From assembly GCA_025603075.1 (NCBI GenBank), contig MU626271.1, positions 124,001 to 188,000 of the forward strand: a DNA stretch of 64,000 nucleotides, given 5' to 3'. Shown here piece by piece: positions 63,822 through 64,000 of the stretch. Every line of letters begins with the position of its first letter. The first letter of the stretch is position 1. Origin of the DNA: Neoconidiobolus thromboides FSU 785. Lineage: Eukaryota > Fungi > Entomophthoromycota. The translations under genes were made by a program, and so were the position numbers. Below the pieces are notes generated by a model that worked only from the letters and a program-made list of their open reading frames with translations, ran no database searches and was not told the origin of the DNA.

Positions 63822-64000
63822 ATGCAATTGACTATATTGATTTCAACATTATTAACCCTTTCCAGCTTTAATACAGACACGTGCTACTCTTGTCCTGGAG
63901 AAAACTTTCAAGGTCAATGTGCTCAGAAGTGTTGTATTGAATTTGGAGGCACATTAATAGGATTTGGTTTTTCATCAGTATGTTGCAATATTCAAGCATT
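63822..64000 (+). CDS. Small secreted cysteine-rich peptide, 3'-partial (not in the ORF track)
   Basis: MQLTILISTLLTLSSFNTDTCYSCPGENFQGQCAQKCCIEFGGTLIGFGFSSVCCNIQA...; signal-peptide-like start, 7 Cys, open to the window end. Confidence 0.75.
   Translation, partial: MQLTILISTLLTLSSFNTDTCYSCPGENFQGQCAQKCCIEFGGTLIGFGFSSVCCNIQA

Overview
A 64 kb window from a very AT-rich eukaryotic genome with short (~45-55 nt) GT-AG introns. The gene set suggests an early-diverging fungus, possibly Zoopagomycota (inference). About 27 protein genes are reconstructed by hand across introns: gephyrin/CnxE 3' end, DUF1748, CCR4, SEC24, an enlarged PSF1, PGA1-like, an ELO elongase, PRDX5-type peroxiredoxin, ANKRD40-like, a GPI-anchored protein, DMA1, BSD2, a kelch protein, a STE-domain TF, LCB2, an intronless poly(A) polymerase, an HSF-domain TF, DBP3, ATG7, RPS14, three paralogous MFS transporters, several orphans, and a small Cys-rich secreted peptide running off the right edge. 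The main non-genic signal is a ~99-bp MITE-like family with 20 intergenic copies and GGGGATGT...ACATCCCC termini. It carries a complete intron-like sequence on one strand, appears to duplicate an AT target (empty versus filled paralogous site), shows CpG decay, and forms near-identical head-to-head pairs. A 43-bp segment is inverted between the promoters of two tandem MFS paralogs. No tRNA, rRNA or CRISPR array was seen. All exon structures and counts are manual and unverified computationally.
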